64,000 nucleotides of DNA from an uncultured Actinomycetes bacterium (GTDB lineage: Bacteria > Actinomycetota > Actinomycetes > Nanopelagicales > Nanopelagicaceae). The stretch's first letter is position 1. Every line of letters starts with the position of its first letter. The stretch is taken from positions 1,803 to 65,802 of the forward strand of contig CAIUXE010000102.1 in the NCBI GenBank assembly GCA_903902965.1, in the 5' to 3' direction. The position numbers and the translations under genes were made by a program. Below the pieces are notes generated by a model. It had not been told where the DNA came from. It did not search any database and worked only from the letters and a program-made list of their open reading frames with translations. This document shows, in pieces, positions 1 to 9,004 of this stretch.

Positions 1-616
1 GACTGTCCCTGAAAGTTGTGCCCCGTTACCGGTGATATTTGGACCAACCCAAAGTAGTGGATCTGCAATCTCTTGGGCTGCAGAACTTTTCAATTCCACG
101 CCAGAAGAGTTACTTTCTAAATCTCTGGAAAGTAGCGATGCTCACAGTGAAATCTTTTTACCCTTTCTAGCCGGTGAGCGTGCGCCTATTTGGCGTAGTG
201 ATGTTCGGGCCCTCTTTGCCGGACTTTCGCACCAAAGCAAATTTAGCGATATCGCCCATGCAGTGATCTTTGGTGTTGGTTTCACGGCTCGGCACATAAT
301 CGATCAAGCTAAATCTCTAAGTAAAGAATTACCATCAACCGTTCACTTGGGTGGGGCTTCGCATCAATCGAAATTGTGGCTGGATATTAGAAGTCGCATT
401 TTGCGCTCTGAAGTTATTTCTTTTAGTGAATCTGATTCATCAAGTATCGGTGCTGCGATCTTGGCAGCAAGTGCAGCAAGTGGCGTCGCACCTGAGGTTT
501 TAGCGCCTAATTTTTCGGGTGAAAAGTTATATTTCACTGCGACTATCGAAGATCAAAATGTTGCAGATGTTGAATATAAAAAATATTTAGATTGGGTTGA
601 GCGCTCTATTCATTAA
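1..616 (+). CDS. FGGY-family carbohydrate kinase, C-terminal part (5' end upstream of window)
   Basis: Frame is open from base 2. FLPFLAGERAPIWRSDVRALFAGLS resembles the conserved FGGY C-terminal domain motif of xylulokinase/gluconokinase-type kinases. Stop at 614-616. Confidence 0.7.
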   Translation, partial: TVPESCAPLPVIFGPTQSSGSAISWAAELFNSTPEELLSKSLESSDAHSEIFLPFLAGERAPIWRSDVRALFAGLSHQSKFSDIAHAVIFGVGFTARHIIDQAKSLSKELPSTVHLGGASHQSKLWLDIRSRILRSEVISFSESDSSSIGAAILAASAASGVAPEVLAPNFSGEKLYFTATIEDQNVADVEYKKYLDWVERSIH

Positions 617-1181
617 AATCTTGCTGGGTGCGCTCTAAGCCGTTTCCCATTAAGGATTCAACCGCATCGCCAGCTTTAATAATTAAATCCTGTAATGATT
701 TTTTCTCAATATTACTAAAGTTTTGCAACACAAAATCTGCAGCATCTAAATGTCCTACAGGCCTTCCAATTCCAACTCTGACTCTAAAGTAATCTGGTCC
801 TGAAAGAGATTGCGTCAAACTTTTCAACCCGTTATGCCCATTATCTCCGCCGCCTTGCTTCACACGGATTTTTGCAAAATCGATGTCTAACTCATCGTGG
901 ATAACAATTATTTGAGAATTAGAGAGTTGGTAAAAATTTCTAAGCGCCACTACAGATTTACCTGAATCATTCATATAAGTTTGTGGCTTCGCAATAATAA
1001 TTTTTGGAGCATCAACGCCCACGCCAAATCGACCCTCTAAAACTTCAGCTTTTGATTTATGTTTGCTAAATTTTCCAGCAACTTGTCCAGCTAAATAATC
1101 AGCAACCTGAAACCCAATGTTGTGACGGGTTGCCGAATACTCATTTCCTGGATTACCAAGACCTACTACAAGCCAACTCAT
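606..1181 (-). CDS. pth: peptidyl-tRNA hydrolase
   Basis: 191 aa. N-terminus MSWLVVGLGNPGNEYSATRHNIGF is the classic Pth signature. Lies downstream of rplY as in other Actinobacteria. Confidence 0.95.
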   Translation of the reverse strand: MSWLVVGLGNPGNEYSATRHNIGFQVADYLAGQVAGKFSKHKSKAEVLEGRFGVGVDAPKIIIAKPQTYMNDSGKSVVALRNFYQLSNSQIIVIHDELDIDFAKIRVKQGGGDNGHNGLKSLTQSLSGPDYFRVRVGIGRPVGHLDAADFVLQNFSNIEKKSLQDLIIKAGDAVESLMGNGLERTQQDFNE

Positions 1182-1198
1182 GAAAGAAGGCTAGCGGA

Positions 1199-1822
1199 TT
1201 AGCTCTTTGCGCCTTCAGCAGGTGCAGCTTCTGCAGGTGCGGCAGCGCCTTCAGCAGGTGCAGCAACAGCAACAGGCTCTTCTTGTGCAGAGCGAACAGA
1301 AAGATGTACAACAGCCATCTTTGGATCGCTGATGAGAGTCACTCCAGTAGGAAGTTTTACATCTGCTGCATAGAGTGAGCTTCCAGCTTGCAATCCAGTC
1401 ATATCTAACTCTAAGAAGTTTGGAATAGAAGTTGCTTCAGTCTCAACTTCGATGGAGTTGTGATTATGTTCCAAAATTCCGTCACGATCGTATTCGCCTG
1501 AAGTGTGGATAGGAACCGAAACAACTACACGCTCACCACGTCGAACAATAATTAAATCGATGTGCTCAAGAGTTCCTTTGATCGCATGGCGAACAACAGA
1601 TTTTGGAAGTGTTAATTCAACATGATCTCCAAGATCAATATCTAGCAAAACGTTTGAGGATTTGAGGGCAATGCCAAGTTCACGAGCTGGCAATGAGATG
1701 TGGATTGGATTTTCACCATGGCCGTAAATAACAGCTGGAACTAATCCATCACGTCTGGTTCGGCGAGATGCACCTTTTCCGAATTCAGTCCGGCGGGCAC
1801 CTGCGATTTTGATCTCAGCCAT
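1199..1822 (-). CDS. rplY: 50S ribosomal protein L25/general stress protein Ctc
   Basis: 207 aa long-form L25 (GKGASRRTRRDGLVPAVIYGHG...) with an Ala/Pro/Glu-rich C-terminal tail. AGGAGG lies 5 nt upstream of the ATG. Confidence 0.9.
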   Translation of the reverse strand: MAEIKIAGARRTEFGKGASRRTRRDGLVPAVIYGHGENPIHISLPARELGIALKSSNVLLDIDLGDHVELTLPKSVVRHAIKGTLEHIDLIIVRRGERVVVSVPIHTSGEYDRDGILEHNHNSIEVETEATSIPNFLELDMTGLQAGSSLYAADVKLPTGVTLISDPKMAVVHLSVRSAQEEPVAVAAPAEGAAAPAEAAPAEGAKS

Positions 1823-1965
1823 TACGTCCTCCTGGTTATTTGCCCAGCGAGAACTTCTTTCGAAGCCCCGTCGATAACGGGAGGTTTCCCCCTCGCCGGA
1901 ATAACCCGAAGGTTAGCCAATGATGCTTGGAAATGGAAATTGCGGGTCAGGCAGTTACGCCGGGC
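1823..1965 (-). promoter_or_regulatory. structured 5' leader of rplY-pth (candidate ribosomal-protein leader)
   Basis: Minus-strand RNA shows UAACC-UUCG-GGUUA (1902-1915). An outer stem GCGAG/CUCGC (1892-1896 with 1847-1851) encloses CCCGU-UAUCG-ACGGG (1867-1881) and CUUC-GAAA-GAAG (1854-1865), followed by the SD. Function not established. Confidence 0.35.
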
Positions 1966-2949
1966 TTAAGAATGACCATCAAAGAGGCTGGTTACTGACC
2001 CATCCTCAAAAACCTCACGGATAGCTCGTCCAAGAAGTGGGGCAATTGAAAGCACAGTTAAGCGATCAAATTTCCATTCATCTGGAATTGGCAGAGTATC
2101 TGTAATAACAATTTCACTTGCGCGCGAATTACGTAAACGCTCAATCGCCGGTCCTGACATAACCGCATGTGTCGCTGCAATTATTACTTCGGCTGCACCG
2201 TCTTCAAATAGCGCGTCAACCGCTTTAGTAATTGTTCCTGCTGTATCGATCATGTCATCGATTACTACGCAAGTCTGTCCTCTTACATCACCAACGACGC
2301 GTCCAGTTGTTGATTCATTTGGAATTCTTGGGTCTCGAGTTTTATGAATAAAAGCGATTGGACATCCACCTAGTAAATCGCTCCAACGTTCAGCAACTCG
2401 AACTCGGCCCGAATCTGGTGAAACAATTGTTAAGCGCGATCTATCAACTTTGCTTCCAACATAATTTGCCAGCAAAGGTAGTGCGAAAAGATGATCAACG
2501 GGACCATCAAAAAATCCTTGAATTTGTGAAGTGTGTAAATCAACAACCATTAATCGATCAGCTCCGGCAGCTTTAAATAAATCGGCCATCAACCTAGCTG
2601 AGATTGGTTCACGTCCGCGGTGCTTCTTATCTTGACGTGCATAACCATAAAAAGGTGCAACAACAGTGATTCTTTTTGCAGATGCACGCTTCAACGCATC
2701 CACCATAATCAATTGTTCCATTATGTGTTTATTTACTGGAGTTGCATGGCTTTGCAAAACAAATGCATCGCAACCACGAACACTCTCTTCAAAGCGAACA
2801 AATATTTCACCATTAGCGAAGTCATAAGCAGATGTTGGGGTAATTGGGATTCCAAGTTCAGCGGCAACTTGTTCGGCTAACTCTGGAAAAGCACGACCAG
2901 TAAACAGCCGCAATCGCTTTTCGGAGGAGAGTCGAATCTCGTTGCTCAT
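1966..2949 (-). CDS. prs: ribose-phosphate pyrophosphokinase
   Basis: 327 aa with VVAPFYGYARQDKK, DLHTSQIQGFF and VIDDMIDTAGT PRPP-synthetase motifs. Confidence 0.95.
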   Translation of the reverse strand: MSNEIRLSSEKRLRLFTGRAFPELAEQVAAELGIPITPTSAYDFANGEIFVRFEESVRGCDAFVLQSHATPVNKHIMEQLIMVDALKRASAKRITVVAPFYGYARQDKKHRGREPISARLMADLFKAAGADRLMVVDLHTSQIQGFFDGPVDHLFALPLLANYVGSKVDRSRLTIVSPDSGRVRVAERWSDLLGGCPIAFIHKTRDPRIPNESTTGRVVGDVRGQTCVVIDDMIDTAGTITKAVDALFEDGAAEVIIAATHAVMSGPAIERLRNSRASEIVITDTLPIPDEWKFDRLTVLSIAPLLGRAIREVFEDGSVTSLFDGHS

Positions 2950-2964
2950 ATTTAGATCCCCTCG

Positions 2965-4404
2965 TTATTTCGCATGTTTCTCGGCAGCTCTAGCTGAGTC
3001 ACTCCCACTGCGCTTACGCAGCACCCATCCGAGGATATTACGTTGACGTGCACGTCCAACGCCCATTGAACCCGCCGGAACATCTTCAGTAATTACCGAT
3101 CCTGCAGCCGTATAAGCCCCATCGCCAATTGAAAGTGGCGCAACCAACATGGTGTCACTGCCGATTCGAACATGATCGCCGATCACGGTCTGGTGCTTTT
3201 CAACTCCGTCATAATTCACAGTCACAGTTGCGGCGCCAATATTTGTGCCAACGCCAATCGTGGTGTCTCCAATATATGAAAGGTGCGGAACTTTAGATCC
3301 AGCGCCGATTTGAGAACCTTTAACTTCAACATAAGCGCCAACTTTGACACCTTTTTCCAAAATCGTTCCAGGTCGCAAATATGAAAAAGGTCCAACGGTT
3401 GCTTCAGTCCCAATTTGAGCTCCATCGCAATATGAGTCACGAATATTTGCACCGCTTTTGACTTCACAATTAATCAATGTGGTTCGGGCTCCAATTACTA
3501 CACCACTTTCAATAGATGTATTCCCGGCGAGCGCAACTTCTGGATAAATAACTACATCCTGCGACAACGAAACGGTTGGATCAATCCAAACAGTTGTTGG
3601 ATCAATCATGGTTACGCCGCTTTTCATCCAGTGCAGATTAATTCTGTCGCGTAATAGTGCAGTGCACTCAGATAATTGAAACCGATCATTTACGCCGAGA
3701 ATTTCAATGAAGTCTTCAACAATTACTGGCTCAACTCGCTTGCCAGCCGACTGCAAAACTCCAATAGCATCAGTTAAATACTCTTCACCTTGGGCATTCT
3801 TATTATTAATTTTGCTCAACGAATCAACAAGGTCATGTGAATTGAAAACGTAAACGCTTGAATTTATTTCAGTTATCTCGCGCTCAATTTCAGTTGCATC
3901 CCGGTCTTCAACGATTCTTAGAATTCCGTCACTCTCATCGCGAACAATTCTTCCGTAACCTTCAGGGTCATCTATCTGTGCAGTAAGAACTGTGGCTGAA
4001 TTTTGTTCTGCTACATGTGTGTCTAATAGTGATTGCAAAGTTGTAGAAGTAATTAATGGAATATCTCCGGCTAAAACTAATATTGGAGTCTCTGCGGAAA
4101 CTTTTACGCTTTCTAAAGCTATTCGTACGGCGTGACCAGTCCCGCCACGTTTTTCTTGAACGACAATTTTCGCGCCAGGTGAAACTTTACTGACAACTTC
4201 TTCAACCAACTCGCGGTGTGCGCCAACTACAACTACTAATTGGCTAGGGTTTAAATCATTAGCCGCATCGATTACATGCTCAATTAATGTGCGACCTAAA
4301 ACTTTATGGAGAACTTTTGGAAGTTGCGATTGCATCCGCGTGCCTTCGCCTGCAGCGAGGATAAAGATCACTGGACCGGCAGATGCGCCAGACATCCCAA
4401 CCAT
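2965..4404 (-). CDS. glmU: bifunctional UDP-N-acetylglucosamine pyrophosphorylase / glucosamine-1-phosphate N-acetyltransferase
   Basis: 479 aa. N-terminal LAAGEGTRM nucleotidyltransferase motif and C-terminal hexapeptide-repeat (left-handed beta-helix) region. G-rich SD upstream. Confidence 0.95.
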   Translation of the reverse strand: MVGMSGASAGPVIFILAAGEGTRMQSQLPKVLHKVLGRTLIEHVIDAANDLNPSQLVVVVGAHRELVEEVVSKVSPGAKIVVQEKRGGTGHAVRIALESVKVSAETPILVLAGDIPLITSTTLQSLLDTHVAEQNSATVLTAQIDDPEGYGRIVRDESDGILRIVEDRDATEIEREITEINSSVYVFNSHDLVDSLSKINNKNAQGEEYLTDAIGVLQSAGKRVEPVIVEDFIEILGVNDRFQLSECTALLRDRINLHWMKSGVTMIDPTTVWIDPTVSLSQDVVIYPEVALAGNTSIESGVVIGARTTLINCEVKSGANIRDSYCDGAQIGTEATVGPFSYLRPGTILEKGVKVGAYVEVKGSQIGAGSKVPHLSYIGDTTIGVGTNIGAATVTVNYDGVEKHQTVIGDHVRIGSDTMLVAPLSIGDGAYTAAGSVITEDVPAGSMGVGRARQRNILGWVLRKRSGSDSARAAEKHAK

Positions 4405-4467
4405 GAATGTCCCCCCTCTGCTAACTACTGCAATGTGTTAAGCCTAAGGTCTTACCGGCGAAGAGAG

Positions 4468-4539
4468 CTCCGCCACCAGGTATCGATCCTGGACCCTGGG
4501 CTTCAAAGGCCCATGTGCTAGCCACTACACAATGGCGGA
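4468..4539 (-). tRNA. tRNA-Gln (anticodon TTG)
   Basis: Reverse complement reads TCCGCCA-TT-GTGT..GCAC-A-TGGGC-CTTTGAA-GCCCA-..-CCAGG-ATCGATA-CCTGG-TGGCGGA-G. Cloverleaf is complete; CCA is not encoded. Same position (upstream of glmU) as glnU in mycobacteria. Confidence 0.9.
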
Positions 4540-4596
4540 ACCCGTATTCTCTCGCAAAAATTAGCCACTTTCGACCATACCGCTACCCTCTTTCTC

Positions 4597-5244
4597 ATGA
4601 GCGCCCCAATTCCAGCCAGAATCCGGATGACCAGCGCCCAAAGACGGGCTCAATTAATTGAAGTTGGCCTGGCCCTTTTCGCTGAGAAAGGGATTGAAGG
4701 GACGAGCGTCGAAGAGATCGCGGCCAGTGCCGGCGTATCCAAGCCGCTTATTTATGAACATTTCGGGGGTAAAGAAGGTTTGTATGCGGTCGTAGTCGAT
4801 CGCGAAATGCGGGCGTTGCTGCAACTGATTTCGGAATCGCTTTTAACAGGGAGTCCGCGAGTCAAAGCAGAAAATGCTGCGCTCGCTTTTTTAACTTACA
4901 TTGAAACTCGTAGCGATGGTTTCCGAATTTTAGTTTTGAACTCTCCTGTTGGCGGTCAGAGCGGATCATTTGCAACTTTGTTAAGTGAAGCTGCATCACA
5001 AGTCGAACATATTTTTGTTGCTGAACTTGGTGCGCGAGGTTTTGATCCACAGATGGCGCCTATGTATGCGCAGATGCTCGTCGGTATGGTCGCATTAACT
5101 GGTCAGTGGTGGCTGGATGCACGATTACTAACTCGCGAAGAAGTTGCTGCACACATTGTTAACCTTGCGTGGAATGGTTTAGTTGGATTGGAATCTAATC
5201 CTAAATTATCTCGAAATCCGGCAGGAAAAAATAATGAGCGATGA
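4597..5244 (+). CDS. TetR/AcrR-family transcriptional regulator
   Basis: 215 aa with an N-terminal HTH (TSVEEIAASAGVSKPLIYEHFGGKEGLY). Occupies the position of the TetR gene next to tRNA-Gln/glmU in mycobacteria. Confidence 0.85.
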   Translation: MSAPIPARIRMTSAQRRAQLIEVGLALFAEKGIEGTSVEEIAASAGVSKPLIYEHFGGKEGLYAVVVDREMRALLQLISESLLTGSPRVKAENAALAFLTYIETRSDGFRILVLNSPVGGQSGSFATLLSEAASQVEHIFVAELGARGFDPQMAPMYAQMLVGMVALTGQWWLDARLLTREEVAAHIVNLAWNGLVGLESNPKLSRNPAGKNNER

Positions 5245-5725
5245 AGTTGATCGCATTGTTTCTGCGTGGAGACGCGAACGCCCCGATTTAGATGTTGCAC
5301 CTCTTGAAATTTTAAGTCGAATAACTCGAGTTGCCCGTCAATTGGATATTGCTCGAAGAAATGCTTTTTCTCATCACGGTTTAGAAACATGGGGATTCGA
5401 TGTACTTGCTGCATTGCGTCGCGCTGGCAAGCCATACCAATTAACTCCAGGTCAGTTGATGCATGAAACTTTGGTTTCGAGTGGAACGATTACACATCGA
5501 CTTGATTTACTGGAAGGCGCTGGATTTCTATCCCGAAACGCAGATCCATCTGACGGACGTGGTTCGCTAGTAAAACTAAGTTCACTTGGAATCAAAGCAG
5601 TAGATGCAGCTATGGCCGATCTTCTTTTACGCGAGCGAGAATTGATTAACTCACTTGATTCTGCTCAGCAAAAGGTATTGGCAAATCTCTTAGGGGTAGT
5701 GCTCAACAATCTAGATCAACTCTGA
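5234..5725 (+). CDS. MarR-family transcriptional regulator
   Basis: Winged-HTH region LTPGQLMHETLVSSGTITHRLDLLEGAGFLSRNADPSDGRGSLVKLS. I prefer the ATG at 5234 (MSDEVDRIV...), which overlaps the TetR stop by 11 nt, over the ORF-track start at 5183. Confidence 0.8.
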   Translation: MSDEVDRIVSAWRRERPDLDVAPLEILSRITRVARQLDIARRNAFSHHGLETWGFDVLAALRRAGKPYQLTPGQLMHETLVSSGTITHRLDLLEGAGFLSRNADPSDGRGSLVKLSSLGIKAVDAAMADLLLRERELINSLDSAQQKVLANLLGVVLNNLDQL

Positions 5726-5743
5726 TCAGCTCTGATCAACTCT
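5714..5743. repeat. 3 x 10-bp tandem repeat (gatcaactct / gatcagctct / gatcaactct)
   Basis: Read directly from the sequence. It spans the MarR stop codon (5723-5725) and contains the 8-bp palindrome CTGATCAG (5722-5729). Confidence 0.9.
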
Positions 5744-5814
5744 GCCCAAGTATTGAAATTGATCCATTCGCGCTGTAGCCTCTGGGAAAACGATTTTTCA
5801 TAAAGGGGCTAGCC

Positions 5815-6951
5815 GTGAGCAAGAATGCTAAGAGCGATACCGTAATTGAAAAAGTAGAAATCCGCGCTTGCCGTGGAAGCGATGCTGGTGAATCGATAGA
5901 TGCCGTAAGTGGAGTCAAGTTGCCCGGTGGTAACCGCCCAGATTTTACAGTCGTGACGTTAACAACCTCTGATGGAGTAACTGGAACCTCATTTGGATTT
6001 GGTGCACTAGATGCAACGATCGCCGGGAAAGCGATGTCAGCTATTAAGCCATTCTTTATTGGTCGTAATCCTTTTGATACAGAGAAATCTTTAAAAGAAT
6101 TTGAAAATTTTGATCGTAAATGGAATCACGTTCCAATTTATGCATATGGACCCTTTGATAACGCTTGCTGGGACATCAAAGGCAAAATTGCAGAGATGCC
6201 AGTTTACAAAATGCTCGGTGCAGCTCGCGAAGAAGTTCCACTATATGTGAGCTCAATGTTTTTACCAGGACCTGATGAGTATGTTGCCCAAGCCTTATCT
6301 GTAAAAGCAAAAGGCTATAAGGGTTACAAGCTTCACCCACCCGGAACTGTAGAAGAAGATATCGCTTGCTACCGTGCAGTTCGTAAAGCAGTCGGTGATG
6401 ACTTTAATTTAATGGCAGATTCAGTTATCGCATACAACTACGAAGAAGCCTTAAAAGTCGGACGCGAACTAGAACGTTTAAATTATCTTTGGATGGAAGA
6501 GCCAGTTCTAGATGTGAATTTTAATACTCTTAAAAAATTACGCGAAAAATTAGATATCCCAATTTGTGGAACTGAAGTAATTGCCGGCGCTCAATATTCA
6601 ACAGCTCTTTACATTAAAGAAGATATTGTGGACATTGTTAGAACAGATGTCTCATGGCGCGGTGGGTTAACTGCTGTTATGAAAACTGCACACCTTGCTG
6701 AAGCTTTTGGTGTTCGCTGTGAATTGCATACAACTATTTATCATGGTCTTGAGATGGTTCAACTCCATGCCTCACTTGCAATATCAAATTGTCAGTTCTT
6801 CGAAACGCTGTATCCATTTGATGACTTTAATTTCGGATTAAAAAATGGATTGGTAATCAAAGACGGATATGTTCAAGCTCCAACTGGAGCTGGATTGGGA
6901 ATCGAATACGACTGGGATTTCATCGACAAGCACACCGTTGAAATCTACTAA
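5815..6951 (+). CDS. enolase-superfamily enzyme (mandelate racemase/muconate lactonizing family), paralog 1
   Basis: 378 aa, GTG start with AAAGGGG 7 nt upstream. Has the ACWDIKGK capping-domain motif, barrel acid residues in LMADSV / LWMEEP / CGTEV, and ELHT. Confidence 0.8.
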   Translation: MSKNAKSDTVIEKVEIRACRGSDAGESIDAVSGVKLPGGNRPDFTVVTLTTSDGVTGTSFGFGALDATIAGKAMSAIKPFFIGRNPFDTEKSLKEFENFDRKWNHVPIYAYGPFDNACWDIKGKIAEMPVYKMLGAAREEVPLYVSSMFLPGPDEYVAQALSVKAKGYKGYKLHPPGTVEEDIACYRAVRKAVGDDFNLMADSVIAYNYEEALKVGRELERLNYLWMEEPVLDVNFNTLKKLREKLDIPICGTEVIAGAQYSTALYIKEDIVDIVRTDVSWRGGLTAVMKTAHLAEAFGVRCELHTTIYHGLEMVQLHASLAISNCQFFETLYPFDDFNFGLKNGLVIKDGYVQAPTGAGLGIEYDWDFIDKHTVEIY

Positions 6952-6953
6952 GA

Positions 6954-8078
6954 ATGGCAAAATTCGATTCAGTCATTACTGATGTAGAGATTCGTGCCTG
7001 TAGAACTGCAAAACGAGACACTTATGACAATTGGAGTGTCGCAGATGGCATGAATTTCACCGTCATAACTTTGACTGATTCACAGGGAATAACAGGAACC
7101 TCTTTTGGATTTGGCGCGCTTGATGCAACTATCGCTGGAAAAACAATGTCTGCCATTAAGCCCTTTTTCCTTGGTCGCAATCCTTGCGATACCGAGAAAG
7201 CTTTAAAAGAGTTTGAAAACTTTGATCGTAAGTGGAACCACGTTCCAATTTACGCATATGCACCTTTTGACAATGCTTGCTGGGATTTAAAAGGAAAAAT
7301 TGCTGATCTGCCGGTCTACAAAATGCTTGGAGCTTCGCGTGAGGAAATTCCAGTTTACGTAAGTTCTGGAGTTTTACCTTCAGTAGACGCATACGTTGCA
7401 GAATCACTTGATGCAAAGGCCAAAGGCTATAGAGGTTACAAATTACATCCACCTGGAATGGTTGAAGGTGGAAAAGTAGAGATGGATATCGCTGCTTACA
7501 AAGCAGTCCGGGCTGCCGTAGGACCAGATTTTCCATTAATGGCCGACCCCGTGATTGGTCATGATTATGAAGAAGCTTTGAGAGTCGGACGCGAACTTGA
7601 AAAATTAGATTTTCTTTGGCTCGAAGAACCAGTCCTTGATGTTGATTTTAATTCATTGCGAAAACTCCGCGAAAAGCTAGACATCCCAATTATTGCTACC
7701 GAAGTACTGGCAGGAGCAAATTATTCAACTGCAATGTACATTCAAAAAGATATCGTAGATATCGTCCGAAGTGATGTTTCTTGGCGCGGTGGAATAAGTG
7801 CTGTAATGAAGACCGCACATATGGCTGAAGCTTTTGGTGTTCGATGCGAATTACATACAACTATTTATCATGCATTGGAAATGGTTCAACTTCATGTAGC
7901 TCTTGCAATTTCCAATTGCCAATTTTTTGAACTTTGCTATCCGACTGAACCTTTAGATTTTGGAACAAAAAATAAATTAGAGATAAAAAATGGCCTCTTG
8001 CAGGCACCTAAAGGTCCCGGATTAGGAATTGATTACGACTGGGATTACATCGACCAGCACACTCTGGCCATTTACTAA
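6954..8078 (+). CDS. enolase-superfamily enzyme, paralog 2 (tandem duplicate)
   Basis: 374 aa, starts 2 nt after the paralog-1 stop. By eye roughly three quarters of residues match paralog 1 (for example the GFGALDATIAGK.MSAIKPFF and KWNHVPIYAY blocks). Confidence 0.8.
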   Translation: MAKFDSVITDVEIRACRTAKRDTYDNWSVADGMNFTVITLTDSQGITGTSFGFGALDATIAGKTMSAIKPFFLGRNPCDTEKALKEFENFDRKWNHVPIYAYAPFDNACWDLKGKIADLPVYKMLGASREEIPVYVSSGVLPSVDAYVAESLDAKAKGYRGYKLHPPGMVEGGKVEMDIAAYKAVRAAVGPDFPLMADPVIGHDYEEALRVGRELEKLDFLWLEEPVLDVDFNSLRKLREKLDIPIIATEVLAGANYSTAMYIQKDIVDIVRSDVSWRGGISAVMKTAHMAEAFGVRCELHTTIYHALEMVQLHVALAISNCQFFELCYPTEPLDFGTKNKLEIKNGLLQAPKGPGLGIDYDWDYIDQHTLAIY

Positions 8079-8977
8079 ATAATTTTAGGTCCATGCACTG
8101 GGCTACTTGCTCGATTAATTTTTGTAACTGCCCCAGTGGAAGAAAGTGCTACTGCTAAGTCGATCGCACTCTCCTCATCGACCGCTAGAAACGCAACGGT
8201 TGGCCCAGATCCAGAAACTATTGCGCCAATTGCTTTGCATTCCATTCCAGCACCTATTGCCATCTTTAGTGCGGGACGGAGGGAGATTGCTGCGGGCTGT
8301 AAATCATTAACTAAAGCTTTTCCTAATCCAATCGCATCTCCGCCACTAAGTGCGTGCATCAACTCTTCACTCACAAGTGGTCTTCTAATATCTAGTGATT
8401 GGCGTAAGCGATCGGATTCGGCGTAGACGGCAGGTGTTGACAGCCCTTGGGATGAAAAAGCTAATACCCAATGAAAAGTGCCACGACATAGTGCTGGAGT
8501 GAGTTGATCTCCGCGTCCACTACCAATCGCAGTTCCACCCATCAATGAAAAAGGAACATCACTTCCGAGTTTTGCTGAAAGTTTGAGTAATTCCTCTTTT
8601 CGAAGAGATGTCTCAAATAATGCATCGAGTGCCACAAGCGTTCCTGCTGCATCGGCACTTCCGCCCGCCATGCCGCCAGCAATTGGAATTCCTTTTTTTA
8701 TTGAAATTTTAATATCACAATCAATTTTTGTATGTTTAGCAAATAACTTTGTGGCTTGGTATGCCAGATTTTTATCATCTACAGGTAAGCCAGCAGCGCC
8801 ATCTCCAGTGAAAGATAAATCAATGCCACTTCCTTTGGCGCCAGATTCAATTGAAATTTCATCGTAAATTGAAATTGCTTGAAAAACAGTTGCTAATTCG
8901 TGGAATCCATCTTCACCTAGGGGTCCAACCGACAACTGCAAATTAATCTTTGCAGGGGCTCGGACAACTACTTTCAT
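8075..8977 (-). CDS. ispE: 4-diphosphocytidyl-2-C-methyl-D-erythritol kinase
   Basis: 300 aa. N-terminus APAKINLQL and GHMP-kinase loop PIAGGMAGGSADAA. Sits next to rsmA as in other Actinobacteria. Confidence 0.9.
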   Translation of the reverse strand: MKVVVRAPAKINLQLSVGPLGEDGFHELATVFQAISIYDEISIESGAKGSGIDLSFTGDGAAGLPVDDKNLAYQATKLFAKHTKIDCDIKISIKKGIPIAGGMAGGSADAAGTLVALDALFETSLRKEELLKLSAKLGSDVPFSLMGGTAIGSGRGDQLTPALCRGTFHWVLAFSSQGLSTPAVYAESDRLRQSLDIRRPLVSEELMHALSGGDAIGLGKALVNDLQPAAISLRPALKMAIGAGMECKAIGAIVSGSGPTVAFLAVDEESAIDLAVALSSTGAVTKINRASSPVHGPKII

Positions 8978-9004
8978 GGCATTACCTTATTGGTAGAAAT
9001 TAAT

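Noticed and set aside
4306-4521. 71-aa plus-strand ORF spanning the glmU start and tRNA-Gln.
   Set aside because: It overlaps a well-folded tRNA and the glmU 5' end, with no SD or motif.
8136-8867. Plus-strand ORFs of 96 and 94 aa inside ispE. Similar antisense ORFs lie inside rlmB (54303-55183), the MMPL gene (23103-23471, 24240-24830), the enolase genes (7156-7536, 25942-26550) and elsewhere.
   Set aside because: All lie antisense to genes with clear family motifs, and their own translations are low-complexity. I treated them as noise from the six-frame track.
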